Source of the DNA: an uncultured Dehalococcoidia bacterium
GTDB lineage: Bacteria > Chloroflexota > Dehalococcoidia > UBA2247 > RBG-13-53-26
Assembly (NCBI GenBank): GCA_964492335.1
Contig: CAZBJX010000008.1
Span: forward strand, 2,757 to 66,756
Reading direction: 5' to 3'
DNA length: 64,000 bases
This document shows, in pieces, positions 9,418 through 18,115 of this stretch; the stretch's first letter is position 1, and each line of letters begins with the position of its first letter. A program made the translations under genes and the position numbers. The notes under the pieces were generated by a model, which saw only the letters and a program-made list of their open reading frames with translations, had not been told where the DNA came from and made no database searches.

Positions 9418-10056
9418 ATGCAGGGTCAGGGCATGGGCGGGTGGCGGTGGTGGCTTCACACGATCTGGCGCAGGAAGACCTTCATCATCCTGTTTGTCCT
9501 GGTGATGCTGGCGGACCAGCTGAGCAAGTTCTGGGTGAGGCAGGCCCTGCCGCTGTACGCCTCCGTCCCGGAGGAGGGGCCCCTGCGCATCAGCCACGTA
9601 ACCAACAACGGGATGGTGCTGGGGATGGCGGCCCCCTCGGCCGTTCGACTGCTCCTGCCGCTGCTGGTACTGGGCGTGCTCCTGTTTCTCTCCTGGCGGT
9701 ATTTCCCGTCCAACAGCCGGGTGCTGAACGTAGCCCTGGGCCTCTTCGTCGGCGGCTGCGTGGGAAACCTGGTGGACCGGGTGTTCCTCGGCGGCGTCAC
9801 CGACATGATAGACGTCAGCCTGCCGGCCATCAGCAGCCGGCTGGTCCTGAACGTGGCCGACCTGGCCTGCCTGGCCGGGATCCTCATGTTCGACGTCTAT
9901 GTGATCAGGCTGCGCCTGCGCCGGATACCCAGGAAGCAGTCCCTGCTCGCCTATCTCTGGGCCGGCATCGTGGCGGTGGAGCGAAGCCGGTCCAAGGCCG
10001 GCCAGTGGTGGAAGCCGGCGGTCTTCCGGCCGGAGGGGAAGGGCTCAGCCCGGTAG
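9418..10056 (+). CDS. lspA: Signal peptidase II-like protein with C-terminal extension
   Basis: DQLSK, GNLVDR, VTD and NVAD motifs; exact start uncertain. Confidence 0.75.
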   Translation: MQGQGMGGWRWWLHTIWRRKTFIILFVLVMLADQLSKFWVRQALPLYASVPEEGPLRISHVTNNGMVLGMAAPSAVRLLLPLLVLGVLLFLSWRYFPSNSRVLNVALGLFVGGCVGNLVDRVFLGGVTDMIDVSLPAISSRLVLNVADLACLAGILMFDVYVIRLRLRRIPRKQSLLAYLWAGIVAVERSRSKAGQWWKPAVFRPEGKGSAR

Positions 10057-10205
10057 GCCTCCTGCCGGAGTCACTGGCCATCGGCGGCCGCAGCCGGGCC
10101 TTCGCCCAAGTCCCTCTGGAGCCGGTCCATCCAGCCGGCCACGGGGCGCCGGCATGCCTGCCGGCGCGCCTGTTCCCTGCGGGGGCTGGCGCTGCGGCGC
10201 GGGCT

Positions 10206-12158
10206 TCAGATCAGCCGGGCTACCGCTGAGCCTTCGTAGACGGCGTTGATCACCTTCCTGGGCCTGGCGCAGTCGCCGATCACGTAGACCTCGGGGACTG
10301 TGCCGGTCGCTTCGCTGGAGAGCGTCTCATGGGGCGTGGTGCCCATGGCTATGACTACGCTGTCGGCCTCAATGAAGGTCTTGCGTCCATAGTGGTCCAC
10401 CGCCGTCACGCCCTTGTTGTTGATCTCGGTGATTATCCGGCCGGTAACCGCTTTGACCCCGGCCTCCGGCAGCAGGTTGACCAGCAGATCGAAGCGGGTG
10501 ATGGGCTCTTCGTCCCGGGCCAGCTCCTCCAGCATCTCGACTATGGTTACCTTCTTCTGCCTCTCGGCCAGATACAGCGACAGCTCGCAGCCCACCGTCC
10601 CCCCTCCGGCGACCACCACGCTGGCGCCGGGCACGTCCGCCTTGGATACCAGGACATCCCGGTAAGTCAGGATGTTCTTGCCGCTGGCGCAGGGTATGCC
10701 GGGGACCAGCGGCTCCGCGCCGGTGGCCACGATCAGCACGTCGGGCCGGACCTCCTTCACCAGCTTCCCATCTACCTCCTGGCCCAGCTCAAGCTTCACC
10801 CCGGCCTTCTTGAGCTGCGGCAGGTAGTACTCCAGGATGTAGCCCAGCTTGTCTCGTCCGGGGCATACCGCCGCCGCCCGGAGTTGGCCGCCCAGATCGC
10901 GCTCTTTCTCGAACAGGGTGACGCTGTGGCCGCGCCAGGCGGCCACCAGGGCCGCCTCCATGCCGCCAGGGCCGCCGCCGGCCACCATTACCCGCTTCTT
11001 GACCGTCGCCGGCCTGAGGTGCACCCAGCCGTCCTCGCGCTCGTGCCCTACCACCGGGTTGACGGTGCATCGCATGTACAGTTCCTGGAACACGTGCCCG
11101 CCGATGCAGCCCGTGTTGCAGCTGATGCACTTGCGGATGTCCTCGGGCCGTCCCTCCCGCGCTTTGCAGGGCCACTGCGGGTCTGCTATGAGGGGCCGGC
11201 CCAGGGCGACGAAATCGGCCGCTTCCTCTGCCAGGGTCTTCTCGGCGAAGGCGGGCGTCTTGATCTGCCCCACCGTGATAACGGGTATGCTGACCACCTC
11301 CTTGATCGCGGCCGCGATGTAGGTCCGCCAGCCTTCCTTGAAGCGCATGGGTTCCAGGAGGGTGTGCATGGACTCGTAGATGCCCGCGCTGACGTGGAGG
11401 ACGTCGATGCCGCATGACTGCGCCAGCATGGCGATCTTCTTGCCGTCCTCCAGGGTGAGCCCGCCGGGCACGAACTCGTCGGCGCTGTAGCGCAGGCACA
11501 GCGGGAAGCTCGGGCCTACCTTCTGCCGGGTGCGCTTCACTATCTCCGTGAAGAACTTCATGCGGCGCTCAAAGGTGCCGCCCCATTCATCCGTGCGCTG
11601 ATTGGTGTGCGGCGACATGAACTCTCCGAGCAGGTAGCCGTGGGCGCCATGGAACTCCACGCCGTCCATGCCGGCCTTCTTCACCCGGAGAGCAGTCTCG
11701 GAGAACCTCTCCACCAGGTCCCATATCTCGTCCGAGGTGAGCTCGCGCACGGGTATCTGCAGGAACCCGCAGGGGATGGCCGAAGGGGCCACCGGCTGCA
11801 CTCCCTCGGTGTTGTGGACCTGCCTGCCGGCATGGTGCACCTGCTGGAATACCCTGGCGCCATACAGGTGGATGGCCTCCGCCAGCTCCTGGTAGCCGGC
11901 TACGTACTTGTCGTTATCGAGGCGCAACTGACAGGATACGTTCTTGCCCTCGGGGTACTTGACCTGGGTGTTCTCGATGATGATCAACCCCGCTCCGCCC
12001 CTGGCTCGCTCAGCGTAGTACTTGATGAGGCGGTCGGTCGGCTCGCCGGTCGGCCCGGCGAAGTTGGTGGTGCAGGGCGGCAGCACGATTCGGTTCTTGA
12101 TCTGCAGCCGGCCTATCATGCCCGGTTCAAACAGCCTGGGGTACTTCAGTCTGGCCAT
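10206..12158 (-). CDS. NADH:flavin oxidoreductase, Old Yellow Enzyme family with FAD/NAD domain (2,4-dienoyl-CoA reductase-like)
   Basis: NRIVLPP, ARGGAGLIIIE, FHGAHGYLL, CISCNTGC, GGGPGGMEAA, GGGTVGCE motifs. Confidence 0.9.
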   Translation of the reverse strand: MARLKYPRLFEPGMIGRLQIKNRIVLPPCTTNFAGPTGEPTDRLIKYYAERARGGAGLIIIENTQVKYPEGKNVSCQLRLDNDKYVAGYQELAEAIHLYGARVFQQVHHAGRQVHNTEGVQPVAPSAIPCGFLQIPVRELTSDEIWDLVERFSETALRVKKAGMDGVEFHGAHGYLLGEFMSPHTNQRTDEWGGTFERRMKFFTEIVKRTRQKVGPSFPLCLRYSADEFVPGGLTLEDGKKIAMLAQSCGIDVLHVSAGIYESMHTLLEPMRFKEGWRTYIAAAIKEVVSIPVITVGQIKTPAFAEKTLAEEAADFVALGRPLIADPQWPCKAREGRPEDIRKCISCNTGCIGGHVFQELYMRCTVNPVVGHEREDGWVHLRPATVKKRVMVAGGGPGGMEAALVAAWRGHSVTLFEKERDLGGQLRAAAVCPGRDKLGYILEYYLPQLKKAGVKLELGQEVDGKLVKEVRPDVLIVATGAEPLVPGIPCASGKNILTYRDVLVSKADVPGASVVVAGGGTVGCELSLYLAERQKKVTIVEMLEELARDEEPITRFDLLVNLLPEAGVKAVTGRIITEINNKGVTAVDHYGRKTFIEADSVVIAMGTTPHETLSSEATGTVPEVYVIGDCARPRKVINAVYEGSAVARLI

Positions 12159-12629
12159 GGTGTCCTCCTTCTATACCAGGAGCGGCGTCAAGCGTGCCCC
12201 TGGTGCTCCAGCTCCGGACTCGTGGTGGTGTGGGGAAGGTCTCCGGGGTGGCAGTGATGTCGGGTGCGGCCGGACGGCCATGACGCCGCCGGTTGGAAGC
12301 TCGGATCGCACAGATGCCCTGCCCTCCGCCTCCTCCCCGCCGCTGCTGGCGATCGCTGCCAGTTTGAAGGATGCCGGTGCCCTAGCTTCACGATACCACC
12401 TGCCGGCGAATGACTGTCAACGGGTGGTTGCGACCATCGAACCGGCCGCGCCGCTGCCGGACGGAGCGGGTGGGGCCGCTACCAGGCCGGCCCGGCGGTT
12501 TGCCGCCCCGCCGGCCGCTGTGCTATGGTCGCAGAGTGGCATCGCCCGGTGCGGCCGGCTGTGCCCGTCCCGGGGCCGGGCGCTGCCCGGCGGCCGGGGT
12601 GGAATCGGAGACAAGGAGGATGGGGCGTG

Positions 12630-13199
12630 ATGGACATGAACGATTACAGCGGGGAGTTCCGGCCGGGTCTGCGCATGGAGGACTTCTCCAAGGAGGTCCT
12701 GGTCCGCATGTGGCAGGTGGCGGGGATGATGTATACCAGCCTGGCAGGGAGCTACCAGAGGGTGATGCGGGAGAAGCTGGGGGAGGAGGCCGCCCTGGAG
12801 CTCGACGCCGAGGTGTGGCGCCGGCAGACGCCCATCGAGGTGCGCCTCTGCCGGCGGGCTATGGGGATAACGGGGGACGACGTGGCGGCCCTCTTCAAGC
12901 ACCTGCAGGTGGACCCGGGCGCCGGCGGCATCTGGCCGGAGCTGGAGATGGACCTGAAGGGCCCTGACCACGGGGTCCTGACCGTGAAGCGCTGCGTGGC
13001 CCTGGACCACTTCGAGCGCCACGGGGAAGAGGAGCTGGCCCGCCTGAAGCATACGTGCGAGGTGCTCGACGGCGAGGGGTTTCAGGATACCGCCACCCTG
13101 TTCCATCCCGACATGACGGCCCGGCCGCTGGCGTTGCCGCCGCGCGGCAGCAAGGCGGAGCCGGCCTGCCAGTGGGAGTTCAGGGTGGAGCGGCCGTGA
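12630..13199 (+). CDS. DUF6125-like protein
   Basis: MNDYSGEFRPGLRMEDFSKEVLVRMW...LALPPRGSKAEPACQWEFR pattern; AAGGAGGA RBS. Confidence 0.65.
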   Translation: MDMNDYSGEFRPGLRMEDFSKEVLVRMWQVAGMMYTSLAGSYQRVMREKLGEEAALELDAEVWRRQTPIEVRLCRRAMGITGDDVAALFKHLQVDPGAGGIWPELEMDLKGPDHGVLTVKRCVALDHFERHGEEELARLKHTCEVLDGEGFQDTATLFHPDMTARPLALPPRGSKAEPACQWEFRVERP

Positions 13200-14908
13200 T
13201 GATGCTGCCGCCCGGCAACCGGCGGCCTTCGCGGCTGGTGGCCTACTTCTCCATGGAGATCGGCCTCGACCCCGCCATCCCCACCTACAGCGGCGGCCTG
13301 GGGGTGCTGGCCGGCGACACCCTGCGCGCCGCCGCCGACCTGGGCGTGCCGGTAGTGGGGGTGACCCTGCTGTACCGCCGGGGGTATGTCAGGCAGTCCC
13401 TGGGCCCGCAGGGCCACCAGTCGGAGGCCCCCCACGAGTGGTCCCCGGAGAAGGCCCTGCAGCCGCTCCCGCCGCGGGTATCGGTTGCCATTGAGGGCCG
13501 GCCGGTGCTGCTGCGCGCCTGGCGCTACATGGTGGAAGGCGCCTCCGGCGGCTCCGTGCCGGTCTACTTCCTGGACAGCGACCTGCTGGAGAACAGCCCC
13601 CTGGACAGGGGCCTCACCGACCACCTGTACGGCGGCGACGACCGCTACCGCCTTTGCCAGGAGGTGATACTGGGAATGGGGGGCGTGGCCATGCTGGGGG
13701 CCCTGGGGCATGACGGCGTTCACGCCTACCACATGAACGAAGGGCACTCCGCTTTGCTGGCCCTGGCGCTCCTGGCCGAGAAGACCGGGGGCCGCCCGCT
13801 CGACTCCGCGAGCACGTCGGACGTGGAGACCGTCCGCCAGGCATGCGTCTTCACCACGCACACCCCGGTCCCGGCCGGGCACGACAACTTCTCCTTCGGC
13901 CTGGTGGAGCGGGTGATGGGAGAGGCGCAGGCCGGGGCCTTGAGGAGGCTGGCCTGCTGCCCCGCGGACATGCTTAACATGACCTACCTGGCCCTGTTCT
14001 TCTCCCGCTACGTGAACGGGGTGGCCATGCGGCACGGGGAGATCTCGCGGGGGATGTACCCGGGGTACCCCGTCAACTCCATAACCAACGGGGTGCATGC
14101 CGCCACCTGGACCGCCCCTCCGCTGCAGCGGCTGTTTGACCGGTACATGCCGGAGTGGCGCGGCGACAACCACTACCTGCGCTACGCGATCGGCATCCCG
14201 CTGGACGATATCCGCCAGGCCCACGCCGAGGCGAAGAGGGACATGCTGGCCGAGGTGCACCGGCGCACCGGCGTGAGCCTGGACCCGGGCGTGATGACCA
14301 TCGGGTTCGCCAGGCGGGCGACGGCCTACAAGAGGGCCGACCTGCTGCTCTCCGATGTGTCCCGGCTGAAGAGGATCGTCAGCCAGGCAGGCCCGCTGCA
14401 GATGGTGTACGCCGGCAAGGCCCACCCCCGCGATGAAGGCGGCAAGGCCGTGATCCGGCGTGTCTTCGAGGCGGCGGCCGCCCTGCGGGAGGTGCTGCCC
14501 GTGGTCTGGGTGCCGGACTACGACATGTCCCTGGGAAGGGTGCTCTGCGGCGGCGCGGACCTGTGGGTCAACACGCCCCAGAAGCCGCAGGAGGCCTCCG
14601 GCACCAGCGGGATGAAGGCGGCGCTCAACGGGGTGCCCAGCCTGAGCGTGCTGGACGGGTGGTGGATCGAGGGGCATGTCGAAGGGGTGACCGGCTGGTC
14701 CATCGGGGACAGCTGGACCACGCCCAGCGACGGCGCCGCTGAGGCCGCCTCCCTGTATGACAAGCTGGAGTACCTGGTGGTGCCCACCTACTACAACAGG
14801 CCGCAGGCCTATGCCGGGACCATGCGCTCGGCCATCGCCATGAACGGCTCCTTCTTCAATGCCCAGCGCATGGTGGCCCAGTACGTCAAGAACGCCTACC
14901 GGCTGTGA
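13196..14908 (+). CDS. glgP: Alpha-glucan (glycogen/starch) phosphorylase, short form
   Basis: AYFSMEIGL, YSGGLGVLAGD, HMNEGH, ITNGVH, FARRATAYKR, GKAHP, EASGTSGMKA (PLP Lys). Confidence 0.95.
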   Translation: MMMLPPGNRRPSRLVAYFSMEIGLDPAIPTYSGGLGVLAGDTLRAAADLGVPVVGVTLLYRRGYVRQSLGPQGHQSEAPHEWSPEKALQPLPPRVSVAIEGRPVLLRAWRYMVEGASGGSVPVYFLDSDLLENSPLDRGLTDHLYGGDDRYRLCQEVILGMGGVAMLGALGHDGVHAYHMNEGHSALLALALLAEKTGGRPLDSASTSDVETVRQACVFTTHTPVPAGHDNFSFGLVERVMGEAQAGALRRLACCPADMLNMTYLALFFSRYVNGVAMRHGEISRGMYPGYPVNSITNGVHAATWTAPPLQRLFDRYMPEWRGDNHYLRYAIGIPLDDIRQAHAEAKRDMLAEVHRRTGVSLDPGVMTIGFARRATAYKRADLLLSDVSRLKRIVSQAGPLQMVYAGKAHPRDEGGKAVIRRVFEAAAALREVLPVVWVPDYDMSLGRVLCGGADLWVNTPQKPQEASGTSGMKAALNGVPSLSVLDGWWIEGHVEGVTGWSIGDSWTTPSDGAAEAASLYDKLEYLVVPTYYNRPQAYAGTMRSAIAMNGSFFNAQRMVAQYVKNAYRL

Positions 14909-14947
14909 AGTGGATTTCGGCTGCCGGTCTCGGCTAGACTATGTGAC

Positions 14948-15469
14948 GTGAAGACCGTCATTGTTCTGGCCATGCACGGCATACCGCCGCTGGACTACCC
15001 GAAGAAGGAGCTGGCCGAGTTCTTCAGGTTGCACTCAATGGTCGAGGGCATGGGCGGCCCCGTCAGCCCGGAGGTCCGGGACCGGTATGACGCGGCCCAC
15101 CGGAAGGTGAGGGACTGGCCGCGAAGCGCTCTGAACGACCCCTTCCATGCGGCTTCCCAGGAGCTGGCGGCGGAGTTGGGCCGGGTATCGGGGCACGAGG
15201 TGATTGTGGGCTACAACGAGTTCTGCTCGCCCGGCCTGGATGAGGCGCTCCGGGAGGCAGCCCGCCGGGATGCCGGACGGGTGCTGGTGGCCACCACCAT
15301 GATGACCCGGGGCGGCGAGCACTCCGAGAAGGATATCCCCTCCAAGATCGCGGACTTCAAGGCCCGGCACCCGCAGGTGGGGGTCGTCTACGCCTGGCCC
15401 TTCGAGGCGGGTGAGGTGGCCCGCTTCCTGAACGAGCACCTGTCGCGGTTCACTTGTCCTCCAGGGTGA
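14948..15469 (+). CDS. CbiX/SirB-type class II chelatase, single domain
   Basis: LAMHG, YNEFCSP, GGEHSEKDIP motifs. Confidence 0.75.
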   Translation: MKTVIVLAMHGIPPLDYPKKELAEFFRLHSMVEGMGGPVSPEVRDRYDAAHRKVRDWPRSALNDPFHAASQELAAELGRVSGHEVIVGYNEFCSPGLDEALREAARRDAGRVLVATTMMTRGGEHSEKDIPSKIADFKARHPQVGVVYAWPFEAGEVARFLNEHLSRFTCPPG

Positions 15470-15659
15470 TCTCCAGCTCGTGCATCTTGCCCAGGGCCAG
15501 TTCTTCGGGAACGAAGACCTCCCCGCACCCGGGGCATGTCAGGAGGTCAGCCTCGAAGTTGACTCCCTGGTAGGAGAGCTTCGTCCTGGCATTTGCCAGG
15601 GGCAGCCGGCACCTCTGGCAGACTATCTTCTGATCACTGCTTTGACCCATTGTGGTCAC
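15450..15659 (-). CDS. DVU_1557-family small CxxC redox protein
   Basis: CQRC...FEADLLTCPGCGEVFVPEELALGKMHELEITLEDK; position directly after the flavoprotein. Confidence 0.8.
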   Translation of the reverse strand: MTTMGQSSDQKIVCQRCRLPLANARTKLSYQGVNFEADLLTCPGCGEVFVPEELALGKMHELEITLEDK

Positions 15660-17985
15660 TGTCCTCGATGATGCGTATCCTGTGGCTGTAGGCCTTGTGC
15701 AGCCTGTAGCCGTCGCCGCAGGCTTCGTACTCCACCCAGTATGTCACCAGGCCGATCCTCAGGCCGGCCGTGACGCGCCCGCTCTCGGTGTCGACGAACC
15801 GGGCGCCGCCCCTTTCGGCATTGAGGATGACCTGCCTGACCTCGTCAAGGAGGATGAACCGGTCATCCAGCTTCTTCTCAATGTCGCTCCCGAGGGTCAG
15901 TTTCACCGACTCATGCTCTTGTTTGGGAGGTCCCATCTTCTCGCCCCAGTACGTCTCCATCATTCGGCCCTTGACCTGCCTCCTGTTCTCCCGCCTCTGC
16001 GATCGGGTGGGCGGCAGCTTCAGTCCCCTGCCCGGGCCCCCGTCTCCGAAGAGGATGTCCAGGAGATGCCAGGCCGGCTTTCCGTTCCCGGCGAAGTCGT
16101 CCCGGCAGTTGGTGCAGTACGTCACGTAGTCCCTGGCGCTGGCGCCGGTCCGCTGGTCCCTTATGGCCCCGGCCAGTTTCGGGTTGACGGTGGAGATCAG
16201 CCCGCCATAGCTGCAGCACTGCGCGTACCTTCCGCTCATCCGGAGCTCTTCCACATCATACCCCATCCCGGCCAGCAGGTCCCTGACGCTCTTCTGCACG
16301 CCCGGCAGGTAGCGGCTGGAGCAGGGGTCGTACAGGGCCACCGGGGCCCCGTTCCCCCGGACGTATCCGTCGGGGAGCCCCTGCTCATTGAGGATGTCCC
16401 ACAGGGACTTGACCGGCACCCCGCCCAGGTGCCTGGCGAACATTTTGTGGCAGGTGGGACAGGCCAGGATGATCTGGGGTCGGCCCTGCTGCTCCCAGTT
16501 CGCCCGGATGGCCTCGATGCTCTTCTCCAGGAGGTCGGCCCGCCCGGCCCAGTCGGCCGGCGCCCCGCAGCACCCCAGGTACAGCCCGACGCCGCCGCCC
16601 ATCCTTTCGGTAAGGTAACGGTAGGTATTCACCACGTGGTCCGGGTCGGAGGCGCCCAGCTGGCAGCCGGGGAAGAACAGGTGCCGGCTCCCGGCGGTGC
16701 CCGGCTGGCTTCTGACCAGAAAGAAGTCATCCCCCGCGGTGGACTCCAGGTCCCTCAGCCAGAAGTCGTGGAAGGCGGCCGGCAGCCTCCCGTCAGCCGA
16801 CAGCAGCCTCTTGAACTGGCTGTTTGCCTGCCCCATGTCCAGGTCCGTGGGGCAGACCTCCTTGCACAGGCCGCACAGGCTGCAGGAATTGGCCTGATGC
16901 GTGGTGCCCTTGGCCATGCGCCCGGGCATTCCGGGGACCGGGAAGGCCGGGGCGGAGTACACCGCCTCGTAGTTCCTGATGTAGGTCCTGGGGTAGGCCC
17001 CGTAGCTCTCGAGGTAGAGGCACTGGCGGCTGCACTCCAGGCACTCGCACAGCAGGCACCGGGAGGCTTCCGCCTTCGCTTCCTCCCTGGTGTACCCCGA
17101 CCGGGGATCGGCGGGGACGACGGCCGGTTTGGTCTCCTCGCGCGAGACGCTGGTGTAGAGAGCGGTGTCCCTGGAGAGCTCGTTCTCCCTGCCGAAGGAC
17201 ACCGACGTTCCCTTGAGGTAGCGCTCAATGGACCTCGCGGCCTGCATCCCCTGGAGGACCGCCACGATGGGGGAATGCGGCCCGCCGCCTGCCGCCGGGA
17301 CAACGAATACCCCCTTCTGCGGGCTTTCCAGGGTGGTCGGGTACTCCGGCCGGGACTCGTCCCGGGGGAGCAGGGCGGCCAGCCCGCCGTATTCCTCGCC
17401 GGCGGCCACGAAGCAGGCATCGTACTCCAGGTCCTCCAGGCTCCTGACCTCGGTGTCCAGCCTTGTCTCGACCTCTTCGTCCTCCAGCCAGCGGGCTTCC
17501 TCCTCCAGGACCTCCGGAGGCAGCACCGACGGGTCCATCTGCCGCAGCCTTCCCCCCGGGCTGGCGGACTTCTCATAGAGGACCACCGGGTACCCCTTGC
17601 GCGCCAGTTCGAGCGCGCAGCTCATTCCGCTCAAGCCGGCGCCGACAACGCACACCCTCCCGTTCTTGCGGGGTGCGGCGTGAGTCCCCGGGCCCTTCGA
17701 CCCGGCATGGTCAACGGCAGCCCTCTCCAGCAGCCTGATCGAGAGCGGGTCATCCAGCCTGGCGCGGATGCAACTGGCCCGGCACGGCTGGTCGCAGACC
17801 CGGGAGATGATGCCGGGAAACAGCACCTTCCGGGTGTACATCCGGTAGGCCCGGTCGTAGTTGTCCTGTCGGAGGAGCTGCATCAGCAGGCGGACGTCAA
17901 CGTGCACCGGGCAAGCCGCGTTGCAGTAGGGGGGCTCTTCCTGAATGCACTTGTCCTTGAGCCTGGCTATTTCGTCGATATCCAT
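15634..17985 (-). CDS. Pyridine nucleotide-disulfide oxidoreductase / Fe-S dicluster / CCG-domain protein
   Basis: CNAACPVHVD, VVGAGLSG, CLLCECLECSRQC, CSLCGLCKEVCP, LGCCG, QCCSYGG, VTYCTNC. Confidence 0.85.
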   Translation of the reverse strand: MDIDEIARLKDKCIQEEPPYCNAACPVHVDVRLLMQLLRQDNYDRAYRMYTRKVLFPGIISRVCDQPCRASCIRARLDDPLSIRLLERAAVDHAGSKGPGTHAAPRKNGRVCVVGAGLSGMSCALELARKGYPVVLYEKSASPGGRLRQMDPSVLPPEVLEEEARWLEDEEVETRLDTEVRSLEDLEYDACFVAAGEEYGGLAALLPRDESRPEYPTTLESPQKGVFVVPAAGGGPHSPIVAVLQGMQAARSIERYLKGTSVSFGRENELSRDTALYTSVSREETKPAVVPADPRSGYTREEAKAEASRCLLCECLECSRQCLYLESYGAYPRTYIRNYEAVYSAPAFPVPGMPGRMAKGTTHQANSCSLCGLCKEVCPTDLDMGQANSQFKRLLSADGRLPAAFHDFWLRDLESTAGDDFFLVRSQPGTAGSRHLFFPGCQLGASDPDHVVNTYRYLTERMGGGVGLYLGCCGAPADWAGRADLLEKSIEAIRANWEQQGRPQIILACPTCHKMFARHLGGVPVKSLWDILNEQGLPDGYVRGNGAPVALYDPCSSRYLPGVQKSVRDLLAGMGYDVEELRMSGRYAQCCSYGGLISTVNPKLAGAIRDQRTGASARDYVTYCTNCRDDFAGNGKPAWHLLDILFGDGGPGRGLKLPPTRSQRRENRRQVKGRMMETYWGEKMGPPKQEHESVKLTLGSDIEKKLDDRFILLDEVRQVILNAERGGARFVDTESGRVTAGLRIGLVTYWVEYEACGDGYRLHKAYSHRIRIIEDSDHNGSKQ

Positions 17986-18024
17986 TCGAGAAGCCCCTGT
18001 CCCTCTATTTCACAATACAGACAA

Positions 18025-18052
18025 CCAGACTGCAAGCTGGCTTGCAGTCTGG
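18025..18052. terminator. Perfect 13-bp inverted repeat between mop and the flavoprotein gene
   Basis: ccagactgcaagc-tg-gcttgcagtctgg; no strong U-tract on the coding strand, so terminator versus stabiliser is unresolved. Confidence 0.45.
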
Positions 18053-18115
18053 GTTGCCGATGGCCACTGTCAGCTTCTGTCCGGCCATGGGCCGGGAAGC
18101 CCGGCGCCTGGCGCC

